Positions 29,140 through 41,323 of a DNA stretch of 64,000 bases are shown in pieces. This DNA is from the human T2T-CHM13v2.0 reference genome, Homo sapiens: assembly GCF_009914755.1 (NCBI RefSeq), contig NC_060944.1, one strand, 5' to 3'. The notes under the pieces were generated by a model that was not told where the DNA came from, made no database searches, and was given only the letters and a program-made list of their open reading frames with translations. How positions within the stretch are numbered: position 1 is the stretch's first letter; each line of letters starts with the position of its first letter. The position numbers and the translations under genes are program-made.

Positions 29140-31130
29140 CACAATATCCTCTTTTGTGACACGTCTGTTTGTGTCTTGTCCACTTTCTGTTGGGTTCCCT
29201 GTCTTTTCAAGGTTATTTTGTATGTTTATTTCTTATATATTCTGTACAGGAGTCTTTTGGCTTATTTTCCTCTCCCTTAGCATGTTTTGATAAACTTATT
29301 TTAATGGTTGGTGCTTTGTCCTGTGTAAGAAATTTTGCATAATGATGTGAAGGTCTTTGTCCACATTACCTTTCACATTTATTTCTTTTTGAGGGTAGGG
29401 GAAACTATTTCTTCAGCATAGGTCTGTGGACACCAAATTCTCTCAGTCATATTCTCTGAAAAATATTTTATTTCAAATTCAAATTTGAAAATCTTTTTTT
29501 TTTTAACACTTCAAAGATGTCATTGCATCATCTCTGGCTTCCATTATTTTTGTTATGAATTTATCTATAAGTTTTATTGTTATTTTGAAGTTAATGGATC
29601 TTTATTCACTAGATAACTTTTTTTTTCTTTAATGTTGGTTTTCAGCAGTTTCACAATGATTAGACTGAGTGATAGTTTTTTTCATTAATTTTGCTTCGGA
29701 ATCATAACAGTCTTGAAACAGTGGTTTGAGATGATATCTGATATCTTTCATTAATTTTGGCAAATTATCAGACATTATCTCTTAAAATATTCCTTTTGCT
29801 CTATTTTACATAGGATAAATCCTATCTCATATGGTTCCTTCACTCTTATCTGGGGTTTTCATCTGCAATTTAGGCTTCGTATCTTTTTCCGACCTAGCTT
29901 TTGGCTTACTAATCACCTCTTCAACTGGGTCTACCTGCTGTCAAAATCACCTATTTAATTCTTAACTTGTTTTTGTGGGGTTTTTTTTTTTCGGTTCTAG
30001 AATTTTCATCTGACTTTTGAAAAAGTATCCAGCTCTCTGATAAACTACTTTGCCATAAAAATTATTCAACTTGGCATCCAATTTCCAAAATACATTAATT
30101 GTTATTTAAGCTGCCTCTGCAATACCTGGATCTCTGATGTCTATCCATATGTCATCTCTTTTATTCTCTTGGTTTTCAGTGACTTGTTCTTGTTCCTCTG
30201 AAATGCCAGGTAATTTTCGCATTGAATTCTGGACACTGTTTGAAAAACTGTAGAGATAACTTGAGGCTTTTAATCTTCCTCCAGAGAAGATTTACTTTTG
30301 CTTCTGACAGCAGAGCACTATAATTCAATCAGGAATTGTATTAATTAAAAGTTAGACTTCAGGTTTTTTTAAAGAGATGGTCTATTTCAAGTTCATGCTT
30401 GTCCCCAGGATATAACCCTTCAGGGTACCCCACCAAAAACCTGAGGTAGTTAGCAGGGTACCTCTCCTTGGTAGAACCCAACCTTCAAGTTTTGCTCCCT
30501 GCCCCTAGCCTCACAAAACACCTGCAGGCTCTATTCAACTTCTTGACACATGTGCAATGTCAGCTTCACCATTTTGCATTTCCTCAGGTTTGTCCTGCAT
30601 TCATAGCACTCTGGGGCCTTACAATGCTATTTTAAATAATATGTTCAGTGTTTCTAGCTGTTCTTGGTAGAGGGTTAGTCTGAATCATTACAGTCCACCT
30701 TAGGCAGAATCCCTTTCTCATTATAATTTTAATTTGCATTCCTTTTGTTGTTAGCAAAGTAAATTACCTTTTCATGTGTTTTGCAGGCCATTTTTATATC
30801 TTCTTTTATTAACTGTCTGTTAAATCTCTTGTCCATTTTCCTATTAAGTTGGTGGTCTTCTTCATCTCCATTTTTAAAAGGCCTTATATATTAAAGATTG
30901 TAGTAACACTTTGTCTACGATAAAAGGTGCAAATATTTTCCCTCAATTTGTAGCTTTTTAAACATTTCTTTTGGTATTTTTTCCATTAAAAAGTTTATTA
31001 TGTTTATAAAGTTAAATATTTTGTTCTTGCTCCCTATTACTTCTGTGTTCTAAGGCATAATTAGCAAAGTTTTCCTGCTCGCAGGCTTAGGGGAGTTCAC
31101 AAATGGTTTCTTCTGTAATTGTGTGTTCAA
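29140..31130 (-). mobile_element. Old L1 (L1ME/HAL1-like) fragments
   Basis: T-rich with motifs caaattctctcag, ctctggcttccatt, atctttcattaattttggcaaatt, gtgcaaatattttccc. Confidence 0.55.
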
Positions 31131-32648
31131 GGAGTATGTTGATGAACAATTGAAAAATGATATATTTCTAGAATAGGCAGTGTGAGAAAGGTATTATATA
31201 GTGTTAACAAGTCCAGTTGGAAGTTCCAAGTTTTGTTTTTCCTTTTCCACCTCATTCTCAGGAGCTAGTGAAAAGCACTGTGGACACAGTGACTTTCATC
31301 TTGTCCTTGAAGAGTTGAGGAGACCATGAGTCCTTTTTTTCCCTTGTGTTATCTTTTTCCTGAGTTCTTTCATCTACTTTCATACTATGAATGTTACCCT
31401 ATCTTGGTGTCCCCCAAATACCCACATGTTCCATTCATAATTCTCTTCTCATAATTCTCTCCCCAGTGCTAGATGCAAAACTTGTTTGATATCTCACATA
31501 AATGCCCCTACACTTCAGGCTTTAAATCTAAAATGACTTTGTTCTTCTTTTCCCACTCTGCTTGTTTTATATGTCATCAATTAATGACCTCTCTGCCATT
31601 CATCTACCTAAGCTCAGAGCCCAGTCACCTTTGAATCATATTTCTTAATTGTCAACCTCAATACACCATTACCAAGAGTACAAATTCTACCTCTGAAGAT
31701 CTCTTCCTTTGTAGACATTATAAACTGGATCTTTCCTGTCCTTGCTTTTTTCTCATCAATAGGCACATGAAGTTTAACATACTCTGGACACAGTAAGTAA
31801 TCAGGTAATGAAAATAAATTTAATCCTCTCTTTAAAAATGTACAGGAATCATAAAACCTTTAAAATTATGGGTTTTCTAGCACTTTATGTATGTATTTGT
31901 ATTTACAAATGTCCTTGCTCTTCAAGTTATAAAAACTTAAGAGAGATTTAACTAAGAAGCAAGAAATGATTGTCCTTTTGAATACCTGGAAATGTTTTTA
32001 CAATATGAAACACAATTCCTTTACTACATTGAAGCATCTTATCGAAGCACCTTGTGAAGCTGTGCAAATAAAGGCCAGTCACAAAGGAAATCTACTGACG
32101 ACTAAATTCTCAGCAATCCGAAATGGCAGCATCAGAGGTCTCCTAAGGAAACAACTAAACCATTTGTTTCTGTTTAAAAAACAAATAACAACAACAACAA
32201 AAACTCTCACTACCAGGAGAATGAATCTTTCAGCTTTCAGTCATGCCTAAGGCAAAATTCATTTTCTCTTTTTCTTCTTCTAAGGTTAAACTACATAAAC
32301 TCTCTCTCACACCCACCCATGCATACAGACACACTTCCCTAAATTTAAACTGTAGGTTGTTCTGAGGAAATCAACTTTTCCTGCTGTCATGCTACCAGAT
32401 TTCTAATTTGAGAAACTATATATGTATATATGTGATCATCTCACAAATTAAAGAGAACTTAGAAGGCCACACAAAAGTATTCAAGCAACTCAACCCTCTG
32501 TTTCCTCTTTTAACCTTTTCTGCAAAAGAAGTTGAATCCCAGGAGTATTTTTGAATTTAAAAGGGCAATGGAGGGTGACAGAAATGATTGGCCCTCAGGC
32601 TGTTATAATTCTCTATTCATCAGGGACTGTGGTCTTTTTCTCTTCCAG

Positions 32649-32726
32649 CTCCAGGCGAGGACACACCTAGGATGCCTGGGAAAAGTGAAGGCTCCAGTGA
32701 CCTAGAAAATACTCCAGGTCCTGATG
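32649..32726 (+). CDS. MACROD2: MACROD2 internal coding exon (78 nt, phase 1/1): (A)PGEDTPRMPGKSEGSSDLENTPGPD
   Basis: Pyrimidine tract + CAG acceptor (ctttttctcttccag|CT) and G|gtaagg donor. The translation matches the recalled human MACROD2 C-terminal region and stays in frame with the two downstream exons. Confidence 0.95.
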
Positions 32727-34464
32727 GTAAGGTTCTGAGCTATTGGAGCCCATGGAAACTACAAATCTGGCATATTTTCTATGTGTAATCTAGGATTAAG
32801 GGAACTATCTGTTCTATAAAGCAACATATTTGGTTAGAACACAGTAAATTTCAAAAACAATTTTGTGCTACAAACTAATAAAAATGGCAACCTCTTATTT
32901 AAAAAAAAAACCTGTTTCTAGCTGTTTTAAAACAGCATATGTCCTGGTTTAATCATATCTTATAATACTGAGGACTCAATAGATACTTTCAAGATTAAAC
33001 TGAACTGAAGTCTATCTAGTGAACTTTATGGAAGCATTACTTACTTCTGCAAAAGGTACTTAACCTACTTAGCCTCCTGTTACCCTGCTCCACTCAGCAT
33101 TCGGGAGAGCCCTACCTTGGGTGTGGGCTAAGATTGTTCTTGTACCTTCATCACTTCACTCCACTGTATCACATCCATTGCCTTGGTTAAAAACATAGTG
33201 AGTCTTTAAAAGCACCTTAAAAATAAATTTTCAAACAACCTTTAAAAACTTACATCTAATTTTGTAGGCATCTAAAGAGTCTGAGCCTCAGGAATATTAA
33301 TATCCCTTTTCCCCTGCACAAAGATGCTAAGGGCCCTTTGAAATACCATTACTTACATTAGAGAAACAACTATTTAAGCCTACCTAATGTAATAAGTATT
33401 TGATTCCACTGGCCCATAGAGTTTAGGAGAACCAGAATTGGTTAGGTGGTCAGTCATTTAAGTATCTTGCCATTTGGGTTATTTTAGCCAAAGGAAAAAA
33501 ACAAATTACTTTGAGTTGATAATGACCTTGGAAAAAATTTAGCCAATGGTGGATGTTATTTATAGTTTTAAATAGAATTTCCTATACCAGGTATTCCTTG
33601 TTCCCACCGGCTTATCATCACCTGAATTGCCTCCCTTAATTATAAGCCCATCGGCTTATATTGCCCAAATTGGCTTTTTACTCATGGGCATGCATTGCCT
33701 GTGAGAACAATGTTTTTAAGCCCCAGACCCATCCCTTAAGAGCCACTGCTTGTTAGTTATGAGCAGTTGAACTAAACCTGCTTCAGCTTGGTTGTGATGC
33801 TACAGACATGGTTCTTAACTAGTTATTTACAAATCATGTTCTGAGGACTATCAGGCCCATGAATAAAAGAGAAGTAAATGTGAAATACTGAGTTTTAGTC
33901 CTCACTTAGAGATTCACCATACACAGTAGAGGATTGCAGGCCCTCAGAAGTCTCAGAGGTAAAGAGACATGTTTAACAAGATTTAAAGTTGCTTTTCCCA
34001 AACTTATTTGGTGATGGGATGCTTTTTATTGTACCATTTATTAGTAGGTTTTAGAACTAGTATCCCTTGGTTGGAAGAAGAAACAGAAAAGGAATACTCT
34101 CCTGTATTTTATCCTGCACACTCCCACACTGAGAAGGGTGAACTCACAATAACTTTGCAGAGCAGGATGGACGGTGGATGAATGCTTATACTTACATAGG
34201 GTTGCTGCATCTGGGGCCAGTTTATTTATGGGGTTTAAAATGAGTTCACACATCATTAGAAACTCAGGGCAGTTTGCAGGTGAGAACACTGAGACCTGCT
34301 TTTAAAACCTTCCTTATTGGGAGAGAGTTCAGTGGATGCCATATAAAGTCATTCTCTCTTTCAAGCCTCTTTGAAGTGTGAAAATCAGCATCTGCCACTA
34401 CTTTACACTAATTTCATGTTTGTGAAAAAGGAGATACAGGCTGTTGGTTTTGTGCAAATAAATG

Positions 34465-34910
34465 AAAACTGCCCAAATGAGAACAAACAGTGGTTACTTA
34501 TTCAAAGGTAACTATAACAAGGGTGGCCATTATCACTTGTGTTTGGCAGGCTCAAAGGCGGGCAGGGGATGGGAAACCCCCCTTTATAGGTTAGAAAAAG
34601 AGAATACTTCAAGCATGCTCTGATTGGAGGTTGTTGGCATAGAGAAGCTGGACATGGCTAACTAGAAGTGGGGCACCTTAAGTGATTGTATTAGGGAATA
34701 CATTTGGCCTTCCCTGGTTGGTCCCAAGTTGGAAGCAGAGGTAAAAAATAGGGACGCTGACAGTCACTGACCAAGTCCTGACCATTCTGAGTCAATTGCT
34801 GCAGAGACTGTGTTTTGGTTGCCTAGGCTAGCTTCTGCAGAGGTTTTACATCAGAATTCTATCATTATATATGATCTGGCCATTGTCTATTTGTATACTG
34901 ATTTTCTCAG
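34465..34910. mobile_element. ERV1-class LTR (MER67/MER31-like)
   Basis: tctgattggaggttgttggc...tttggccttccctggttggtcccaagttggaagc motifs. Confidence 0.5.
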
Positions 34911-35443
34911 CTTATAATGTGGACTTTGATGCTTGAGAAAATATCAATCTAATTAAACCTACTGACCCTTGGAAAATTTAGAGTGAGTGCTATGCCTGCT
35001 CTGGGTTACTTCTGGAGAATGGCAGTAATCATGCATTCTATTTTTATTCAAATGCTCACATAGAATACACTGAGTCAGGTAAAAGCACACGTTTTATCAC
35101 AACTACGGGATCTGGTTAGATGGTCGGCTTTTTAATTTCATGGCCGCTCACTGCCACTACAGCAGCCGTCGGCAAGTCTACAAGGTCTGTTTTGAATTCG
35201 AAATTGAAAGTATGGCAAACCAAACAGGCCTGATATTGACATTTTGGAGCAAGCTGCTTACCTCTCTGCATGTCAGTGATGTGCTTTGCTTTGCCTTCTC
35301 TCTTTATTTTCTTAGATATCTATTAAAGCCTTTGCATTTATCCAAGAATCATAATATGTACATCCAAACTGTCAACCCAAAAATCTGGTCTGAAGTGACA
35401 ACTCAGTTTCAGTTGAGGGAAGAGGCAATCCTGCCCTCCCACA

Positions 35444-35838
35444 GTGGGTTAGGCCTTTTTTGTGTTGCTATAAAGAAATACCCAAGACTGGATAATTTAG
35501 AAAGAAAAGAGGTTTGTCTCATGGTTCTGCAGGCTTTACAGGAAGCAGGGTGCCAGCATCTGCTTCTGATGAGGAACTCAGGAAGCTTACAATCATGGCG
35601 GGAGAGGAAGGGGGAGTATGCAACTCACATGGCCAGACTAGAAGCAAGACTAGAAGCAACGTGTCACACGCTTTTAAACAACCAGATCTCATATGAGCTC
35701 ACTCATCACTAAGAAGATGGCACTAAACCATTCATGAAGGATACATCCCTGCAATCCAATCACCTCTCACCAGGCCCCACCTCCAACATTAGGGATTACA
35801 TTTCAACATAAGATTTGAAGGGGGCGTCTGAGGTATAT
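35444..35838 (-). mobile_element. MST (MSTB-like) MaLR solo LTR
   Basis: gtgttgctataaagaaatacc..gactggataattta...aagcttacaatcatggcg...caggccccacctccaacatt. Confidence 0.9.
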
Positions 35839-36018
35839 CCTCTACCCCCACCAGTAAAAATCTACAAGAATAGTCCCCAAATCTTGAATGAATGAAAACA
35901 AATGGAAAAGAGGCATCAAATAGGAAATCAGGAAAGTATCAAATCATGGGTCATTTTAATGTGTCTCAGAGATTTAGGTTTAATGAATATTTAACTTTTT
36001 TTTTTTTTCTGGTGACAG

Positions 36019-36087
36019 TTGAAATGAATAGTCAGGTTGACAAGGTAAATGACCCAACAGAGAGTCAACAAGAAGATCAACTAATAG
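36019..36087 (+). CDS. MACROD2: MACROD2 69-nt symmetric (probable cassette) exon: (V)EMNSQVDKVNDPTESQQEDQLI
   Basis: Poly-T tract, gacag|TT acceptor and G|gtaaga donor. The 23 codons lie within ORF 35892..36134 and equal the recalled 448 vs 425 aa isoform difference. Confidence 0.93.
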
Positions 36088-36600
36088 GTAAGATGCCCCT
36101 TGTGGTGAGATTTTCAATGATCAACCAGCCATAAGAACTATTTGCAAATGACATACTGGATTTCCCTTGGTTTTGCCAAGTCCCCACAGCATGGCTTGGG
36201 ATAAACCTTGAAAATCTTTAAACCAAATAACACAGCGTAAGGGGAAACGATCACCCCTAGAAGCTTGCCATCTTGAAGAGGAAAAGATGAGCTACAGCAC
36301 ATTCAAATCATGTATACCCTGGTTTTCTGTGCTTTGACAAGTAAAAAATGTCTCCATCCATCTCACCCCCTGGCCTCCTGGAGTGGTCAAATTATTTCAG
36401 AAACTCCAAGCTGATTCTGAAGCATTGCTTTTCTAGAAGCTACCTGCTGAGTTGCTTGGTATATCTGTCTTTAAGCATAACACTCAATCTTTGCCCTGGA
36501 GTTTGTATAAAGGAATATGAGTGTGTTTGGACAGAAACAAGCCTGCCTTAGGTCCTGTTTTTTTCACACCACTACCTGTGGACCCGTGCGTCTGCACAAA

Positions 36601-36706
36601 GGTTTGTTATGTTGAATGAGCTTCAGGGAACTCCCAGGAAAATAAAAAGCCTGGGTTTGTTACGTTGAATGAGCTTCAGGGAACTCCCAGGAAAATAAAA
36701 AGCCTG
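36601..36706. repeat. 53-bp tandem duplication (1 mismatch)
   Basis: ggtttgtta(t/c)gttgaatgagcttcagggaactcccaggaaaataaaaagcctg x2. Confidence 0.95.
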
Positions 36707-36787
36707 GTCCAGATCATGTTTAGGAGTTTTTCCAGACCAACATTCTAAATCTCTCAGTAGAGACTAAAATATATTTAGAATGATGAG

Positions 36788-37325
36788 TGTAACTGAGTCC
36801 AAAGCCAGTACTGCTTGCTTCATGGCAGCCAATACATCAAGAGACAACGTGTTGAGGCAAGGAAAATGACTTTATTCCAAGAGCCAGCAAACCAAGAAGA
36901 TGGCAAATTAATGTCCTAAAGAATCACCCTAAATTTATAGAATTTTAGGCTCCTTTTCTCTTTGAGGAAAAGGAACAGAGAGGTGGTTGAGATCAAGAGG
37001 TGACAGACATCTGGACTGCAGCAAGGGTTCAAGGGGGAGTTGTGAAACGTCTTTGCCCTTGGTCAGGTCACATTGCTCCTATAAATCTTTAACATAATGT
37101 TGTTACTTGTGTGCATACTGTCTTTATCTCTTCGGTGGTTAGTTTTGGGAAGGAACTATTGTCATCTTTGCTTTAAAGTTGAACTATAAAGTAAATTCCT
37201 GCCGTAGTTAGCTCACCCTGCATGAAGAGATGAGCAAAAGCAATCAACCTAAAAGATATCACTGGACGGGGGCAGCGGGGAGCAAAATGGAGCTAGTCAT
37301 GCTAAGCCTCCTTTACACTGCTACC
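36788..37325 (-). mobile_element. MER4-group ERV1 solo LTR
   Basis: Starts tgtaac, contains actttatt (AATAAA on the minus strand), ends gcaaaatggagctagtcatgctaag...; 4-bp TSD tgag on both sides. Confidence 0.7.
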
Positions 37326-38122
37326 TGAGTGGTCTATAATCCTCTTCCATACCCTGAGGGCTGATGAGAAGAATTAGAAGAAGGAAATTATGCTTGATGT
37401 TATAACTGTTCCAAGTTCTGGTTTAAAATATTTAGTTGTTAAAAAAAAAAGAAAAAAACCTATGGAATAAATGAATCATGGGTCATCTAGTGTAAGGCAC
37501 AAATAATGTGTTGACACCCTTGCCCCCTGTACCTCCTTGCACTCACTGCATGTTCTTGATGGTTCTCTACACTTTCCTAAGAGGCTTGGCTTTACCACTC
37601 TTGTGCTCCAGCATCATGGAAGAATAAAATATGGGAATGTGTGAAAGAGTACATGTCTTATTCCTGTATGGTCTTGAATATCCTATAAAACTAAATGTAA
37701 TGGTATCTGTGTAATGCATGTATAGCATAAGACTGCTAAAAAGTATAAGCTCATACAAACATGTTCTTATAAACATTTCTCCTTTTTTTTTTACTTTCTT
37801 TATATATTTAAAATACCCTGCTAAGCTGCAGAAATGATACGGTTGAGGAGTTTCCATTAAAAAGTAATGAAATGAGACTAAACTTGAACAATTTAAATGC
37901 AAGCTCCTCAGTGTTTCCTTTCCTTTTACCCTTTTGCTGCCAATAAACTATAGGCTTCTTGTCTAGACTTTTTTCTTACAGACTTTATTTCTTTCCTGTG
38001 TGACCAGTGTCCAGATGAAGTGCCAGGATTAGTCTGTTTTTCTTGGTTAATATCAAAATGATATTTTTCTTGAAAATAAAAATGAACTCATATGTTAACC
38101 CAAATGAATCAGGTGTCAAAAC

Positions 38123-38409
38123 TTTTTTTTTTTTTTTTTTTTTTTTGAGACAGAGTCTCACTCTGTCACCCGGGCTACAGTGTAGTGGCACGATCTTGGC
38201 TTACTGCAAACTTCACCTCCCTGTTTCAAGGGATTCTCATGCCTCTGCCTCCTGAGTAGCTGGGATTACAGTCGCGTACCACCACAACTGGCTAATTTTT
38301 TGTATTTTTAATAGAGATAGGGTTTCACCATGTTGGCCAGGCTGGTCTTGAATTCCTGATCTCAAGTGATCTACTTGCCTCGGCCTCCCAAAGTGCTGGG
38401 ATTAAAGGC
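38123..38409 (-). mobile_element. Alu (AluSz-like), ~20 nt 5'-truncated
   Basis: 15-bp TSD caggt(g/a)tcaaaactt. Confidence 0.95.
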
Positions 38410-38929
38410 CAGGTATCAAAACTTAAAGTCCAAAATTAGTTTAAGGAAACTAAATTCCAGGAAGGAGAAGTGACATGCACAGGGTCACCTGGCTAATAAA
38501 TGGAAATTTAAATACTCCAATTCAAAATTCTGCTCCCTAAGCAATAGCAAGTTTCTGGACACAGTTGTCACAGAGGCAGAATGAATGATTTGTGCAACGT
38601 CACTGACTCCCACAGCAATATTTACACAGAAGGGTTTGTTAAGATGATCTGGTCGTTTGACAGAAAGAAGGAACCTTTGCTCCATGAATCATACCTTCAA
38701 GGAAATTAAAGAAATACAGTGAAATAGAATTAGAGAGCTCAAAGACATAATACAAGAATGTTTGGCGTTGTATAATTTGTAATTGTAAAAAATCAGGGAT
38801 AGCATAAGGATACAACAGGGAGAGGGTTAAATGCATCAGTGGAACACTTTCCAAATGTAAATGTTTTCCAACAAGTATTTGAGGGCAGTAATGATGGTTA
38901 TGGAATCTGAACCTTTGGTTCTGGAGAAA

Positions 38930-39245
38930 CATGGCAGACTGAGTGTGGCTTCTAGGTTGAGCTTTAAGAGGCTTGTAACTTCCGTTTTTGCACTCTCGTA
39001 ATGCTCGTTGCCTGGAATCCAGACACCTTGGAAGAAGCCCAGGTTATCCTATAGAATGAAGGAGGTCACATGGAGAAAAGTCCTAGAAAATGAGAATCCC
39101 TTTCAGATGTTCTGGCCCCAGCAGGTACCACCTGAAGCAGATGAACTGTCCTGCTCAGTCCAGGCCAGATGGTAAAATCATGAGAAATAGTGAATCACTC
39201 ATGTTATAAGCCACTAAATTTGGGGCTTTAGATTGTTGATACAGA
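38930..39245 (+). mobile_element. MLT1-type LTR fragment
   Basis: cacatggaga...atcatgagaaata...ttataagccactaaatttgggg. Confidence 0.6.
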
Positions 39246-40094
39246 GACAGGCCTTATGGCCACAGTCTTGCATTTTAATGCCCACCTTGGACCTTGAACC
39301 ATTCAACGTAAGGAGTTGGAACTGATACCTCTGCATAAATAAATCTAGGACTTCTAGCTCAAGAAATTAACAGAAAGACTTGGATCTGCGCCAGGTACTG
39401 CATGGGGAGAGAAAAAGGCTCCCAAGATAGATAGAAACCGCAAATACACTGTGAGTTTGAAACATAATTTTATGTGATCCAAAGTCATGCAGTAATAAAC
39501 AAATTGAAAAATGAACTTAATAATTGATTACAGACCAGTGTGATTCCTGGTGTATGTGGCAAATGGAAATATGAAACTACCCCATGGAATTTCTGCAAAA
39601 GAAAAACAAATTCTGAAGTTGAATTCATAGTTTTAAGACTTACAGAACACACAAGGAAATGATCCATTTTGAGTGAGAGTCAGTAGGTAAAATTACAGGA
39701 CAATTAGCACTATGAGAACGTTAAGAGAGTAGGAAATTTTGAAGATTTTATAAAATAACTACATTTGAATGACAAAACAAATAAAAGCAGACCTAAAACA
39801 ATAAGAAAAGAGCAACACTAAATAATTAACGACAATAGAAAAAACAAATTAAAATGTAGTAGTATCAAAGACACGTGAAGAGACACGAAGGAGAAGAAGA
39901 GAATAACCAAGACATGTTAAGTTCAATAAGAGTTCTACAAGGAGACTAGGCAGTGTAGGGCTGTGTATTTGATTGATACCCACCAAGCATCTCCAGGTTT
40001 AACTTAATTTGGACTGAGATTACTGAAAACCAGGGACCGCAGATATAAAATACAGAACCACAAGGAAATCCCACCACGATCCCACTAGTATTGA

Positions 40095-40765
40095 ATTATA
40101 AAGTTAACACCACCAAATGTTACAGAGGATGTGGAGGAGCTAGAACTCTTATACATGGCTGGGGGACATATAAAATGGTTCAGCCACTTTTAAAAAATTG
40201 TTAGTTTCTTGTAAAGTATGTATCCATCCTATGGCCCCACAATTCTGTTCCCGAGTATTTGAGAGAAATGAAAACCTATATTCACAAAAGCCTTGTACAA
40301 GAATACACATAGCAGATATGCTCACAAAAGCCCCAAACTTGACACAACACAAATGTCTCGCAGCAAGAAAATGAACTTTAAAAAGTGACATATACATACA
40401 TGGGAATTCTAGTTAGCAATGAAGAGGAACAGATTACTGTTAACAAAGCAGCAACATGAATGAATCTCAGAAGCATTACACTGAGTGAAAGGAGACAGAC
40501 ACAATGAGGTACTTGTATGATTCCATTTGCAGGGAGTCCTAGGGCAGAAAAAAACTAATTTATGGAGATAGAAATCAGATCATTTGTTCATTCCAGGAGG
40601 AGTGGGGTAGTAGGGAAGGGAACTTTCCAGGGTGATGTAATGTATATCTTCTTGGTGGTGTGGGTTTAATGTATGCATTTTTCAAAACAGATTGAAATGT
40701 ATGCTTAAGATCTGTGTGTTTTCCTGTAGGCAGATTATACCTCAATTTTAAAAATCTAAAAAAAA
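40095..40765 (+). mobile_element. L1MC/L1MD-type 3' end
   Basis: ggatgtggaggagctagaactct...catgaatgaatctcagaagcattacactgagtgaaagg...ttatacctcaat. Confidence 0.8.
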
Positions 40766-41276
40766 TAAAGAGTATAGGTTTTTGCAAGGCACAGTGTCTT
40801 CTTAGTGTCCTCTCATGGGTAGTGAATAAGGCAGATAATTTAATAAGTACAATCTGAAGTGGTGGCATAACCATCAATGACTTTTGCAAAGCAGCATTAT
40901 GAAAATTGTTATTATTTATATGCTGATCCCTGGAAACTAGAGTGTGAGCATGGGCCTGAAAAGGGAAGCCACATCAACTCAGGGTTACAGTTTTCAACGA
41001 ATACTTTGAAGAATTGAGTTAATCGTCCCCATCAGCCAAAGCTCGTTGTCAATGTGGCATACATTTATTAACAGTGATTTATATGCTCTTTAAAGATACC
41101 ATGTGCCAGCAATTACAGTTCAGACATCTAAAGCTCTTTGATAGTCAAATAAGATATTTCTGGGCCTATGTGAGGGGTGAGAGACATTTAAATGGCTGTA
41201 TTAAAAATGTATTCCTTGCTAAGCCTGTGAAGATGTCTTATCTTTAATCTAACAAATGGCTTCTCTTTGTCTTCAG

Positions 41277-41323
41277 CAGGGGCACAAGATGAAGCGAAGG
41301 AACAAAGAAATGGAACTAAATGA
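41277..41323 (+). CDS. MACROD2: MACROD2 last exon, coding part: (A)GAQDEAKEQRNGTK-stop
   Basis: Branch-like ctaac, pyrimidine tract, cttcag|CAG acceptor and TGA at 41321-41323. The peptide matches the recalled MACROD2 C-terminus. Confidence 0.95.

Noticed and set aside
35140-35712. 190-aa ORF
   Set aside because: The 3' half lies in an MST LTR; no recognisable domain or splice support.
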